Part shown: positions 45,390 to 61,792 of the stretch, one piece after another | Numbering within the stretch: position 1 is the first letter of the stretch | How the letters are laid out: the number at the start of each line of letters is the position of its first letter | From: the human T2T-CHM13v2.0 reference genome, Homo sapiens | Direction: 5' to 3' (one strand) | Assembly: GCF_009914755.1 (NCBI RefSeq) | Contig: NC_060928.1 | Length of the DNA: 64,000 nucleotides | Translations under genes and position numbers: made by a program | The notes under the pieces: model-generated | What the model was told of the DNA's origin: nothing | Database searches by the model: none | Seen by the model: only the letters and a program-made list of their open reading frames with translations

Positions 45390-45668
45390 ACTTTTTTTAA
45401 GACAGAGTCTTGCTCTGTCACCCAGGCTGGAGGGCAGTGGGATGTTTGACTCATGGCAGCTTCGATCTCCCAAACTGAAGTGATCCTCCCACCTCAAGTA
45501 GCTGGGACTACAGTTATGCGCCACCATGCCCAGCTAATTTTTGTATTTTTTGTAGAGATGGATCTCACCATGTTTCCCAGGCTGGTGTTGAACTCCTGGG
45601 CTCAAGTAATTCAACTGCCATGGCTTCCCAAAGTTCTAGAATTACAGGCAAGAGCCACCGTGCCCCAC
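45390..45668 (-). mobile_element. AluJ within old L1 fragments
   Basis: AluJ consensus. Confidence 0.88.
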
Positions 45669-45989
45669 CATTAATGGAAACTTTCATTCTGGAAATTTAT
45701 TATTCTCTTCTGATAAATTTTCTTGTATTATTTCCTTCTGTTTTCTCTGACCTTTTTCTGAATCCTTTGTTAGATATTATACATTTTAACTGATCTCTTA
45801 TTTTTTCTCTTCTTTTTCATCTCAGACTTTTTGTTCTACTTTTGAAGGATTAACTCACCTATATAGTATACAATTTCTAGACCATACTGAATCTTTATCC
45901 TGATCATTTTTAGCTAATATGAATTTTAATAGATATATTTGCTTCATTATTTCAGTGTGCTGTACTTGTTTCATACATAGTATTTATTA

Positions 45990-46330
45990 ATAGACTGGCC
46001 TGCTTTGTTCAGGATAGTTTCAGTTTATCCTATTGTCCTGGTGACTCATTGATTAGCTTTCTCTTTCACTTTCAAAAGTGTCCTGTCTTGGGTGATAAAT
46101 TATATGGTCATACTATTTATTAAGTCCTTCCTATGTACCAAATGCTGTTCTAAGTCTGTATATTTAACAACACTATCTATACAACAATCCAGTGGAGTAG
46201 ATTCTGTTATTTTACAGATTAGAAAACTGAGGCATAGTTTAAATAACTTGTCCAAGGTATCATAGCTAAGAGGTGGTGAAGCTGGGACTTGAATTCAGGA
46301 AGTCTGTCTTTAAAGCCATTGTACTTCATT
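45990..46330. mobile_element. MER94/MER81-like hAT MITE (~45990-46115) followed by a MIR
   Basis: CACTTTCAAAAGTGTCC…GATAAATTATATGGTCA; MIR TTTTACAGATTAGAAAACTGAGGCA…AAATAACTTGTCCAAGGT. Confidence 0.6.
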
Positions 46331-47392
46331 AGCATATAGATACTGCTTCATGACTGATTAGAATTCCCTATTTGCGGGATATTAAGTGATTTCTGACTTT
46401 TTATTCCTGCTCACATATTGTTAGGCTTCCTTCCAGCAAAACTTTGTACATCTCCTTTATTACTTACTTGGGAAGGATAAATTCCTAGTGAACCCAATTT
46501 TCTTGATTCTCAATTCTGTGCTCTTTCAACTCAGCCATGCTGCATGCCTGTTGAATGTGGCTGCTAATTAATGAAGTCTAAGATTATGAGCAGACAGACC
46601 ACAAGAAAGCGGATCAGTTATATATGATCTTGCTTCTATTACAAAGCAAAAGAAAAGACTAGGAGAGGCAATATTGAAAAGAGCTGTGTTTCTGTGATTT
46701 TCAAGCAAATGAAAAACTGGGGAAGGTTGTAGTTAATTCTGGTCCTTTAAAACCCATGTTTCTCTGGTCATGGCTGACAACCACTTTGGCTGTCCTTACC
46801 TTGGGATTTGCAGCCTCTTGACCCCGAACCCCATCTACCAACAATGACAGTCCACAGGAACTTGCAGTGTTCCGTAAGTGTTCCTTAAGACAAATCTATA
46901 AATCAGCAAGTAAGTGGCAAATTTATCAGGCACCCCCAGTTTGTGAAGAGGCATCTTTATTGTGACATTAGATCAGAGGCATGTCATCATTTCTTTCTAG
47001 AATGGTGTTTGACTGTAATTCCACTGATTTAATAATCTCAAGTCTTTCATTTGCACATATTGAAAAATTCACCCATGGAGGCAGCTAGAGGTTTCCTTAA
47101 AATGTTCCTTCTATACCTGGCTTAAATTTCCTCTAAGGAAGTCCTCATCACTTGAACTCATTCAGCTTCTCAAGCCTAAACCACAGCCATTTGAGCTGTT
47201 AGGCATACAATATAGACCAGGACTTGTCTTTTATACACAATTCAGCAAATTGTATCAAGTGCCCATTTATGCCAAGCACCATGTTCAATGCAAGGGAAAG
47301 GGAAAGCAAAAGCAAAACACTGCCTGCTGCACAATTTTGGGGGGAAGACCAATCGGCAATGGAATTGAGTCGGTCTTCAAAATGGAGACTGA

Positions 47393-47719
<327 letters not shown>

Positions 47720-47982
47720 TTAAAGGGTTCACAAAGGAGAAAACATGTTCAAGCTTATGTTTTGGGGGCTTCCAGTGAGCTAGAGATGTTTCCTACTGTG
47801 AGCAGCCACAGCACACTGCTTCCCATTCTACCGTATCCTGTCAGGTTAAACTGCCAGTTTTATATCTTATTTTTATTTTCCCTGTTATAAGCTTCTTGAT
47901 GGTAGGTGCCAGACTTTTATTTATCTTTGTTTCCTAAATGCTTTGCTGTAGTGCCTACCACCTAGTACGTGAGTACTAAATG

Positions 47983-48308
47983 TAGTCACACATCACTTAA
48001 CGGGACATGTCCTGAGAAACGTGCCAGTAGGCAATTTCATCACTGTGTGCACATCATAGAGTGTACTTACACAAACCTGGATGGCATAGCCCACGACACA
48101 CCTAGGCTATTTGGTATAACCTATTGCTCCTAAGCTACACACCTGTACAGCATGTTACTGTACTGAATATTGTAGACAATTGTAACACAATGGTAAGTAT
48201 TTGTGTATCTAGACATACCCAAACATAGAAAAGGTAAACAATATAGTATTGTAACCTTATGGGACCACCTTTCTATATGCAGCTCCTCATTAAGCAGTAC
48301 ACAGATTG
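47983..48308 (+). mobile_element. Tigger3a/MER7A TcMar-Tigger fossil
   Basis: CATCATAGAGTGTACTTACACAAACCT…CCTGTACAGCATGTTACTGTACTGAATA…CTTATGGGACCACC. Confidence 0.85.
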
Positions 48309-49020
48309 ATCGAATGAAGAATGAATGTTAAATTCCCCCATTTTACGACTAAGTCAAAGAAATAGATGCAGGAGAGTGCTTTGTGAGAAAATTTAAGTTA
48401 TCCCAAGTAGAACAAAGAGGACACACACACGCACACACAAATGCATACAGAAAAGAATAGGAAAGTTTTGAGGAGCTAAACCTGCAGAGAATGTCAGATT
48501 AGTGGCAAATGGTGTTGAGGAGCCAAGTTCCCATGTGTGAGTTCCTATTGCTGTGAAATGCTTTCCCTAACTAGGTGACTAGCTGAAATATGTCAGGGAT
48601 GGATGAAAGTTCAGATTGCTCAGTGATTTCAGAACCTTGAGTAGTTTTCCATACATTCTCACTACAGATGTGAGGTGAAGAAAAAGGGGAAAAGGCTTAG
48701 GCTAGACTTTCCAAAATCACTTTGTCTAAATTCCTCTTTCTGGCTTGTAAAATGACAGGGAAATCCAGAATCTATTTACTTTGTACAGCACACAAACACA
48801 TTATTTGTATTTCTGGGGTAATCTGGGATTGCTGGTTGGTATTTTAACTTTAAGGATTTGTATTTAGGTATTTCATGTTTGCTGATCCACTGTCTCTGAG
48901 GTAAGGAAAATTAACACACTGTGAAAGGAAGTAAAATTTACCAATGAATCAGTACTCCTTGCTTGTTATTTGAAAAGAACATGACTTGAAAAAAATTCTG
49001 TGAAATCATGAGTAGAAAGA

Positions 49021-51257
49021 TGATATGGTTTGGCTGTGTCCCCACCCAAATCTCATTTTGAATTGTACTCCCATAATTCCCACATGTTGTGGGAAGGACC
49101 AGTGGGAGATTATTTGAATCATGGGGGTGGTTTTCCCCATATTGTCCTTGTGGTAGTCAAGTCTCACAAGATATGGTTTTATTGGGGGTTTCCACTTCTG
49201 CATCTTCCTCATTTTCTCTTGCCACCACCATATAAGGAGACTTCCCCAGCCATGTGGAACTAAGTCCAATTAAACCTCTTTTTCTTCCCAGTCTCAAGTG
49301 TGTCTTTATCAGCAGCATGAAAATGGACTAATACAGTCAATTGGTACCAGGAGTGGGGTGTTACTGAAAAGATACCCTAAAATGTGGAAGCAACTTCGAA
49401 ACTGGGTAACAGGCAGAGGTTGGAACAGTTTGGAGGCCTCAGAAGAAGACAGGAAAATGTGAGAAAGTTTGGAACTTCCTAGAGACTTGTCGAATGGCTT
49501 TGACCAGAAACCTGATAGCAACATGGACAATAAGGTCCAGGCTGAGGTGGTCTCAGATGGATATGAGGAACTTGTTGGGAACTGGAGCAAAGATGACTCT
49601 TGTTAGGTTTTAGCAAAGAGACTGGTGGCATTTTGCCCCTGCCCTAGAGATTTGTGGATCTTTGAACTTGAGAGAGATGATTTAGCGTATCTGGTGGAAG
49701 AAATTTCTAAGCATCTTGGGTGAAATTTAGCAGCATCTTGGGTGCTGCTAAAGGTATTCAGTTTTATAAGGGAAACTGAGCATAAAAGTTCAGAAAATTT
49801 GCAGCCTGACAATGTGATAGAAAAGAAAAACCCATTTTCTGACATGAAATTCAAGCTGGCAGCAGAAATTTGCATAAGTAATGAGGAACAGAATGTTAAT
49901 CCCCAAAACAACAGGGAAAATGTCTCCAGGGCATATCAGAGGTCTTCATGACAGCCCCTCCCATCACAGGCCCAGAGACTTAGGAGAAAATGGTTTAATG
50001 GGCTGGGCCCAGGGTCCCCGTGCTGTGTGCAGCCTAGGGACTTGATGCTCTGTGTCCCAGCTGTTCCAGCCATGGCTGAAAGGGGCCAACATAGAGCTTG
50101 GGCCATGGCTTCAGAAGGTACAAGCCCCAAGCCTTGGCAGCTTCCACGTGGTGTTGAGCCTGCGAGTACACATAAGTCAAGAATTAGGGTTTGAGAACCT
50201 CTGCCTAGGTTTCACAAGATACATGGAAACTCCCAGGCAGAAGTTTTCTGCAGGGGTGGGGTGCTCATGGAGAAACTCTATTGGAGCAGTGTGAAAGGGA
50301 AATGTGGGGCCAGAGCCCCCACAGAGTCCCTACTGGGGCACTGCCTAGTGGAGCTGTGAGGAGAGGGCAACTGTCCTCCAGACCCCAGAATGGTAAATCC
50401 ACTGACAGCTTGCACCATTTGCCTGGAAAAGCCACAGACACTCAATGCCAGCCTGGAAAGCAGCTGGGAGGGAGACTGTACCCTGCAAAGCCACAGGGGT
50501 GGAGCTACCCAAGACCATGGGAACCTACCTCCTACATCATCAGCATGACCTGGATGTAAGACCTGGAGTCAAAGGAGATCAAATTTGGAGCTTTATAATT
50601 TGACCGCTCCACTGGATTTTGGACTTGCATGGGCCCTGTAACCTCTTCGTTTTGGCCAATTTCTCCCATTTGAACAGCTGTATTTACCCATTACCTGTAC
50701 TCACATTGTATTGAGGAAGTAACTAGCTTGCTTTTGATTTTACAGGCTCATAGGCAGAAGGGACTTGCCTTGTCGCAGAGGAAACTTTGGACTATGGACT
50801 TTTGGGTAATGATGAAATGAGTTAAGACTTTGGGGAACTGTTAGGAAGGCATGATTGGTTTTGAAATGTGAAGACATGAGATTTGGAGGGGCCAGGGGCA
50901 GAATGATATGGTTTGGCTCTGTGTCCCCACCCAAATCTCATCTTGAATTGTACTCCCATAATTCCCATGTGTTGTGGGTGGGGCCTGGTGGGAGATCATT
51001 TGAATCATGGGGGCAGTTTCCCCTATACTGTTCTCGTGGTAGTGAATAAGTCTTACAAGATCTGATGGTTTTATCAGGGGTTTCCACTTTTTCATCTTCC
51101 TCATTTTCTCTTGCTGGTACCAGGTAAGAAGTGCCTTCTCCTCCCACCATGATTCTGAGGCCTCCCCAGTCATGTGGAACTGTAAGTCCAATTAAACATC
51201 TTTTTCTTCCCAGCCTCAAGTATGTCTTTATCAGCAGTGTGAAAACGGACTAATACA
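49021..51257 (+). mobile_element. Full-length THE1A MaLR element (5' LTR 49021-49335, internal 49336-50903, 3' LTR 50904-51257)
   Basis: Two homologous LTRs TGATATGGTTTGG…GGACTAATACA; THE1-int sequence with polypurine tract GGAGGGGCCAGGGGCAGAA; near-TSD AAAGA/AAGGA. Confidence 0.92.
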
Positions 51258-52176
51258 AAGGAACTACAAGAACACTGTCCCTTTCCAAACTTGTTTGCCT
51301 TTAAATCAATGTAGCTTTAGAGAAACCCACTGACTTTGAGATCAATCTCATGCCCAGCTGTTTAATAACACAATAATTACAACTACCAAAATAAGAAGTT
51401 GTATTCCAAAGAGCTAAAGAAGTCCTATCCCTGGAAATAGTTTTTCTCGAGTTCAATGACTCAGAAACATCTAGAACAAAAGATTATCACAGAAAGTTAG
51501 CTCTCATTAGAAAATAAAAACAGGCATTTCTGAAGTTAGCCTTCATATTATTTATTAAAGGCCTAGAAGATAGGGTGGGCTCTTCAGTAATGGTGAGTAG
51601 CTCCTGCAGAATCCATTCACCTCTTAGAGAAAAAACAAAAGCCCTGCCAATTCGTTGTTTGCTAATACATTCTCTTACGACCTCTCTTAATTGGACTGTA
51701 AACCATTCCTCTATTTCCTATCTATGCTTTTTATTCTGCTTGTTGAAATTAGAAATACTGTAGGTATACATAAGGAAACACCCAATTGCAAACAGAAGAG
51801 ATCATATGAAAACAAATCATCAGGTCACATATCTAGAGAAACTTGAGATACTTAAAACAAGAGTACATTTCCTTTAATTTATACATTTTTAAAAAATCAA
51901 AATAGATTAAAGATTTAAAATACACACACACACACTCACACAACAAAAATGAGTTAACCTACACCCAATAACTGCACTGTCTCTCCATCAGTGAATCTTG
52001 TGTTGAAATCATCTGTTACATCTATCTGCCTTGAAAATTCTGTGAGCAACCTAAGAGTAAGGACTCTGTGTACAAATTTTTAGATTCTGAGCGCTTAGCA
52101 CATAGCAAGTCATCAATTTGCTAACCTACATCTTTATCAGTCTTTAAGATACAATTAATTGTATAACACACCATTA

Positions 52177-52481
52177 ATTTTTTTTGTTTTGTTTTTTTGA
52201 GACAGAGTCTCACTCTGTCACCCAGGCTGGAGTGCAGTTCCATGATCTCAGCTCACTGCAACCTCCACCTCCGGGGTTCAAGTGATTCTTCTGCCTCAGC
52301 CTCCTGGAGTACCTGGGATCGCAGGCATGCACAAAGACGCCTGGCTAATTTTTGTGTTTTTATTAGAGATGGGATTTCACTACTTTGGCCAGGCTAGTCT
52401 CAAACTCCTGACCTCAGGTGATCTGCCTGCCTTGGCCTCCCAAAATGCTGGGATTACAGGTGTGAGCCACTATGCCTGGCC
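52177..52481 (-). mobile_element. AluS
   Basis: Alu consensus. Confidence 0.9.
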
Positions 52482-53059
52482 TGAGCCACTGCATGCGGCC
52501 ATTAGTTTAATAGTTTTACACTGGAGGCCAAAAAAAAGGCACTGCATTTGAACATGGTATTTATAAACAACTATATAAAATGCATCCTGATTTCAAGAAT
52601 ATTAAAATGTAAAAAATATGCCTTCGAACGGAAGAAGTCCGGTAATTGTGCTCTAACTGAATTTCTCATGTCATAGAGTGGACTCTTGCCTGCATTATGT
52701 CAGTAGACAAACATTTCTCAGCACTAGTGACACTGACTCAAAGCATCCTACTTTTCCTATACTGCTTTTTCTGAGGCCACTGATCACCTCTAAACATTTG
52801 TCTGCTGTGTTTTCCTTGATTTCTTTGTTTCCTTGCATTAAACTCTTCCTCTCAAAATTCTTCACCGGCTGCTATAGCCTTCTATAGGAATTGACCTCTA
52901 AGGCTCCTTTTCTTCTTCAGTGGCTCCCATTTATCTTGCCCTCAATGTGGGCATCCCACAAGGCTCAGTCCCTTTCATTTCTCAGTTGTCACTAGCAGCT
53001 CTCAGCCCTGGTGATACATCACAATCATTTGTAGGGCCCTTTTAAAATGTCCAAGCCCT

Positions 53060-53385
<326 letters not shown>

Positions 53386-53585
53386 TCAATAGGATGTGAG
53401 CTCTGTGACCCTGGTCATGTGACAATCTCTGACATTCGATCTCTTCACCTAAAATTAAGATATTGTTAAATCTGCTTCATCAGATTGCTGTATACACATG
53501 CTTTACTTCCCCATCATTATAACAAATATGGTCTCTTCTTTTCTCCATTTACTTAAAGCCCACCTTTCTTTAAAAGCTCAACTGA

Positions 53586-53888
<303 letters not shown>

Positions 53889-54208
53889 TAGCTGTTCTTG
53901 TCACCTTCCAATCCCTTCTCCATATAACATTCCAACATTCCAGAATGATCTTAACAAAACAGGTTAAGATCAGATTGCTTTCTATTTTAAATCTTCTAAT
54001 GAATTTTCTTTGTTCTTATATTTATTAAAATCCAAATTCTCTAACCCAGGTCACAAGTTTCTACAAAATCTGATCCTCATCTCACTACTCTCCCCGTTGC
54101 TTTCTATACAGTCTGGCAGCACAGGTTGTAATTTGATGTACTCTTTCCCACCTCAGGGCCTGGCTCATGCTTTTCTCTCTGCCAGGAATGATCTTGTACT
54201 CACCTACC

Positions 54209-55209
<1,001 letters not shown>

Positions 55210-57060
55210 AATACATTATTTTTTAAAAGCCATGTTGTTGCTTCAATGTCTGCCTCCTCCCCTAGAATACAAGTTCCAAGAAGGGCATATACTGAGGCTG
55301 GCTGGTTCACCATGATGGCCACAGAATCTAACAGTGCTTTGAACCCAGGAGATGCTGAACATATTGAGTGAATGCTATTGACTGAAAAGAACAGAACATG
55401 AAAACTGGTTGGGAGACTCAGCACTAACCTTTGCCCAGGAAAAAGATGGCTCTCAGGCCACCTTAGAGAATGCAAAGGGGTGGGGCACACCTGAAACTGA
55501 GTCAGGTCCCTATTCAAAAGTACCCTGCTAACAAGGGCTTTGAAACAGGGTAGGTGCTTATAGTCTCACAAAGGAAAGAGTATTCAGGTTATTGGTGTCT
55601 GACTAGTTAAATAGGACCCAAGCCAGGAGTTATAGATGAGTCCAGGAGGTTGTCAATACATTTAATTAAACAAAAATTCTAGCTATAATTTTCTAAATAT
55701 TATCTTCATTATTAATTTGGCTCTCAGTGTTTGAAAAGTAATTTTGTTATTTTTCTTCACATATACACCCAGTTTCCTAGTTGAATCTGCAATCTCCTAA
55801 ATACAAGGTCTCTTTCATAACTATTCTACATCCTCATGACTCAGTTCAACCCACAGCATATTCCCTAGAAATGAATATAGCCAACATTCTTTCATTCAAA
55901 GAACATGCCCAGGGCTTCAGTGTTTCTCAGATACCCTCCAACAAGTTTTTAATGTTTAAATAAATGCAGCACATTTTCATGCTTTTACCACCAATGCTTG
56001 TTGAAGTTTTATTGATTTTCAGTGGTCTTTAATGTTTTTCTTTGCTTGGAAATATTTGATAAAGTAATTGCAGTGGATGCCTGCAATGCTATCTAAACAA
56101 ATGAAGTAGAATATTTTAATGAGAATATGTGTTATTCATGCTTTAAAGTATATCTGTTTCTTTGTGGCTTTAAATATGGTACGTGTTTAATAAGTTATAG
56201 GAATTGCCCACTAAGGTATTTTTTTGTTCTGAAATAATAGGCTTTTGACATGGGGTTTGAAGTCTTTTCTCTATTTGATGCAGTTTATGTTGGTATAGTA
56301 TAGCCACCTCAGGGCTAATAAAATCCAGTGATTTTGCATATGCTAATAGCTAAATCCTTCAACAATTAAAAGTGAAGTAAAATAAGCCCCAGAAATCCTC
56401 ACCTTCAAAAACCTATGATAACAAAGACAGTATTCAATCTGGAGTCTTGTAAGAGCAATGCTGATTGATCTTTTCCCTCTTAGGAATCTGAATCATATGT
56501 TATACCTAGATGACAAGTCAGCTTTTGCTTGTTTCCTGTAATTTAACATGCTGTGAGCTACCCATGTTTCATTTGGGTCAGAAGCTGCCATAAGATAATT
56601 TGAATTGAAGCCATTATGTGACTTTAGTAAGATTATGTTTATTAACCAAGATTACCCATTATGATGGTTTCCAGGCCAACAGCATGAAATGAGTTTTTTA
56701 ATCTGAAAAAAATTAATATTGTTTCTTCCACAGAGATAATTATTTATAAAGTTAAAGCTAATCTACTAATCCAGTTGCCATTCTTCATAGCTTCAGGCTT
56801 GCTTCTCCTTTTCTTTACTATAGTCTAACAGTTTCTCATTCTAACTATGTTGTGTTATTCCTTTTCTCCCCTTAATTAAAATTTAGCAGATAGTGCATAT
56901 TTACTGTGTTTATTAGAAATAAAAATTCGTAAATTTATCAAAAACCTACATGAAATAAAAAGAAAGTGTTAATATACTTAAAAGTTTACAAAAATGAATC
57001 CTGTTACCAATTTAGGAAAGAAACACAGTAATTAATAAAAATATATTCATATTTGCTTAC

Positions 57061-57119
57061 CATGGGTTTTGATATCTGTGGGTTATTGAATCAAGAGAAG
57101 CTTGACTTAGTTCTTCATA
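57061..57119 (-). CDS. SPMIP2: Internal coding exon of C4orf45/SPMIP2: YEELSQASLDSITHRYQNP(W)
   Basis: Acceptor ttcttccttttacag|TAT, 59 nt (19 codons + TG), donor TG|gtaagc; in frame with exon 12127-11938. The peptide matches my recollection of C4orf45. Confidence 0.9.
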
Positions 57120-59988
57120 CTGTAAAAGGAAGAAAATTAATGTACCATAATTCCAAAGTAAAGAGGTGGCCGGTCTAAGTATCCATATTTCTAGTCAAAA
57201 AAGGAAGTCAGGTTGGGAAATGAAATAGAAAATGCTAAATTCAGTTAAAAGAAGATCAGAGAAGAAGACAGGCTTTTGATTCCTGAACAGAGAGGAAAAA
57301 AGTACAAGAAGTAAAATAAACAAGACCCTATGCGCTTTACTTTCCCTCTTTGAAAGGAGGGTGCTGGGTAGGAAGAAGAGTGTGATGCGTCATCACTAAG
57401 TTGCTTTCCAGCTTTATGATTCTATGTCTAAATAAGCGAGCATTCTAAACTACTGTCATTAGACTCAAACAGGTTACCTCTTTTCACTTTACTTTCTCCT
57501 TACAGAATCAAAAAAATGTGGTCGCAATAACGTAGGAAAGAGCTGGATTATAGACAGACTGTGGTGAAGTGTAGATTTGAAAACTCCTTTCAGAAGGCAT
57601 AATTCAGAGTATTGATAACATATTTGGTGGCTTTGAGTGGTTCTTAGATTAAAAAGTAATTCCCACCCACCCCCTCCCATGTGCATTGAAATGATCTGTT
57701 ATTACTGAATGAATGACTGCTATATACTGACTCCTCTTCTCCAGGAACTGTCAGATGGATGGCACATCTTGTAAATAAGCATGGGGAATAAAAGCGTCAA
57801 ATTTATATTGAAAAGCGTATTGGTCTATAACCATTTCTCAAATTTCTATACTAGGATTGAGAAGCCATGACATAAATTATCAAAAAGTATTTCACTTCAT
57901 TTGTGGATGCATTTTTTACTTACATTAGTATGGGACGCGCTATTCATAACATCTCAAAAAGTGGCAAAATCCTATTATAAAAATTTCAACATTAAAGGAA
58001 TGATGTTACTTAGTACTTTTTAAATTCTCTTCTCTCCTCTTCCTTTTCCCTGAAGCTTCAGTTCAGAATGACTTTCCTTATTGACTACCATAGAGTTCTT
58101 TGTGCTTGAGAAGGCAAATTCATTTATTTGTGTCATCTTCTCAGGGATAAAGACCTGAAACCTTAATCTCTTCAATGTTCACACATAAATTGAACAAAGG
58201 CAGGCACAAAATAAACAAGGTCACTATTCCATAGAAACTTTGAACATAATCTGCATATAATAGAAAGATCATGGGACAGCTTTTTTTCTCAATTGATTCT
58301 GACATGATCCCCTGAAAATTGAATTTGAATTCCATTGAATTTTATTATCAGCTTATCCATTGAATTTTATTATCAGCTTCTGGACAAATTTTGCAGGACT
58401 TGGATGATCTTTAGTTTTATGCTATTCTTATCTTTAATAATCCAAAATTGCATCTTCTTAATTGGGGAAGACCTTTCTCAGAAACATAATAACACATCTT
58501 TTTTCCATTCCTCCTATAGATATCAGTCCCTATAAACAATTTGTTATCTAAAATAAGCTGGTCCTTCTCTATCTTAATTTATTAATGAAATGCATCATGA
58601 TTTATTTGGACATCTATGTTTACTGTAGTGTTAAACCTAATAAAATTCAGACTCAGATAAATTATTTTTTTTTTACTGGCCAATCGTTCCTAAGAGTAAA
58701 GATTGATTTCAAAACCAATATCTTCATTGAAATGGGTAACAATTATATTTTCTATCTTAAATCAGTGAGAACCTTTTACACTTATTTTAAATGTTTTCAA
58801 CAAAAATAATTACAACTCCAATTTGGATATTTCCTACAGATCAATCTTCAAATAAGTCTGTTTATTAACAAAAGGGAAATACCTGCTAACTACATTCACA
58901 TATCGTGAGTTACACAATTTCTAAAATGAGTAAAAACTGTTAAATTTGAGTTAAATTAATTGCAGACATTTGGGGCACATTCTAGTTAAAAATTAAAATC
59001 ATTGCTTAAGACTTTCACTTTTAATCTCTAGTCTAGTCCTGACACATTTAGGAAGTCTTTTGGGGACTGTTCCTGAGGAATCCTCTTGCTTTCTTGCAAT
59101 AATCCAAGATGGTTTTCTTAGTATATCCAATTTTTACTTTTCTTACTTCTAGAAAGAACAATTTTCCATCTCTATAACTATGAGTCTTTCTCACCCATAG
59201 AACGAATACAATGGCAATGTAATTTGAGAATGCATAGACACTAAGGGTTTTCTTCTATAGCCTCCTCCTTGGTAACATAGGGCTCTTAGTATCAAACATT
59301 TGAGTGGAAAATTCCCTACGGCTATCTTTTCTTATGCTAATGTATTTTTTCCTTCACTTGCCTCAATTTGCAAAATATTACTGTTAACCCCTTAGGTGTC
59401 TTTCTTCCCACAGCCTGTGAGAAGCATTTCCATTGTTGCAGCAGGGTCACCAAATTGCATAATGTTGCCTATTCTAGATTGGAACTATTACAGGGAGAAA
59501 GGGGACATAAAGGCCTTTGCATGAATGGAGCATTTGAAGTATTCATTTTACATTCAGAGCATGAGTAGAAACAAAACAATTCTTTCTGAAAAATGTTGGT
59601 GTTTAAGGCATGGATTCAGTGATGCATTTCTCTTGTTAAAGGAAAAAAAAAGTTCAGTGCAGAGACCCATACGTACTTCATTTTATGCCACATTATAGAT
59701 GGGTTTAGAGTACCAACATTAGTGATATCCTGGTCTCTTTTAACTATAGTTTTTAAATAATCTGAATTAATTCATCAACTTTCAGCAAATAGTCTAAACA
59801 TTGGGTTCTGTGAGTTTGTTCACTGTGGCCCTAGTATCTCTGCTTTCTGGGGAGTATCTAAATAATGAGCAACATAGTCTCTCATGTTTCTAGTGTGCTT
59901 GTAACACTATAATTTAAAAATCCATGCAGGCAGGAAAATATAGTAGAGAGAGACATTAATACTAGATCCCATTTGTTGAGCATGCTAA

Positions 59989-61291
<1,303 letters not shown>

Positions 61292-61432
61292 TACCCATTT
61301 CATAGATCGGAAAACTGAGGCATTATAAAAAATGGCATTCGGACTAGCATGCAAGGGGAGAAAAGGAATATAAAAAAATTCTTCGACTGGCTATTTTAGC
61401 TTAAAAGCCACATTCCATTTTCATTACAGTCA

Positions 61433-61792
61433 TGTATTAGTCCGTGTTCACACTGCTGTGAAAATACTACCTAAGACTGGGTAATTTGTAAAGGAAAGAG
61501 GTTTAATTGACTCACAGTTCCACATGACTAGGGAGGCCTCAGGAAACTTACAATCATGGCAGAAAAGGAAGCAGGCATGTCTTACATGGTGGCAGGTGAG
61601 AGAGAGCAAAGAAGGAACCCCCTTATCAAACCATCAGATCTCGCGAGAACTCACCAACAGGAGAACATCACAGGAGAAACCACCCCCACAATCCAACTAC
61701 CTCCCACCAGGTCCTTTCCTTGACTGATGGGGATTATAGAAATTACAATTCTACATGAGATTTGGATGGGGACAATAAGCCAAACCCTATCA
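61433..61792 (-). mobile_element. MSTA/THE1-type MaLR solo LTR
   Basis: TGTATTAGTCCGTGTTCACACTGCT…GGGAGGCCTCAGGAAACTTACAATCATGGCAGAA…CCAAACCCTATCA. Confidence 0.9.

Noticed and set aside
49006-51219. Cluster of overlapping ORFs
   Set aside because: Translations of the THE1A LTRs and internal sequence; the internal ORF is broken.
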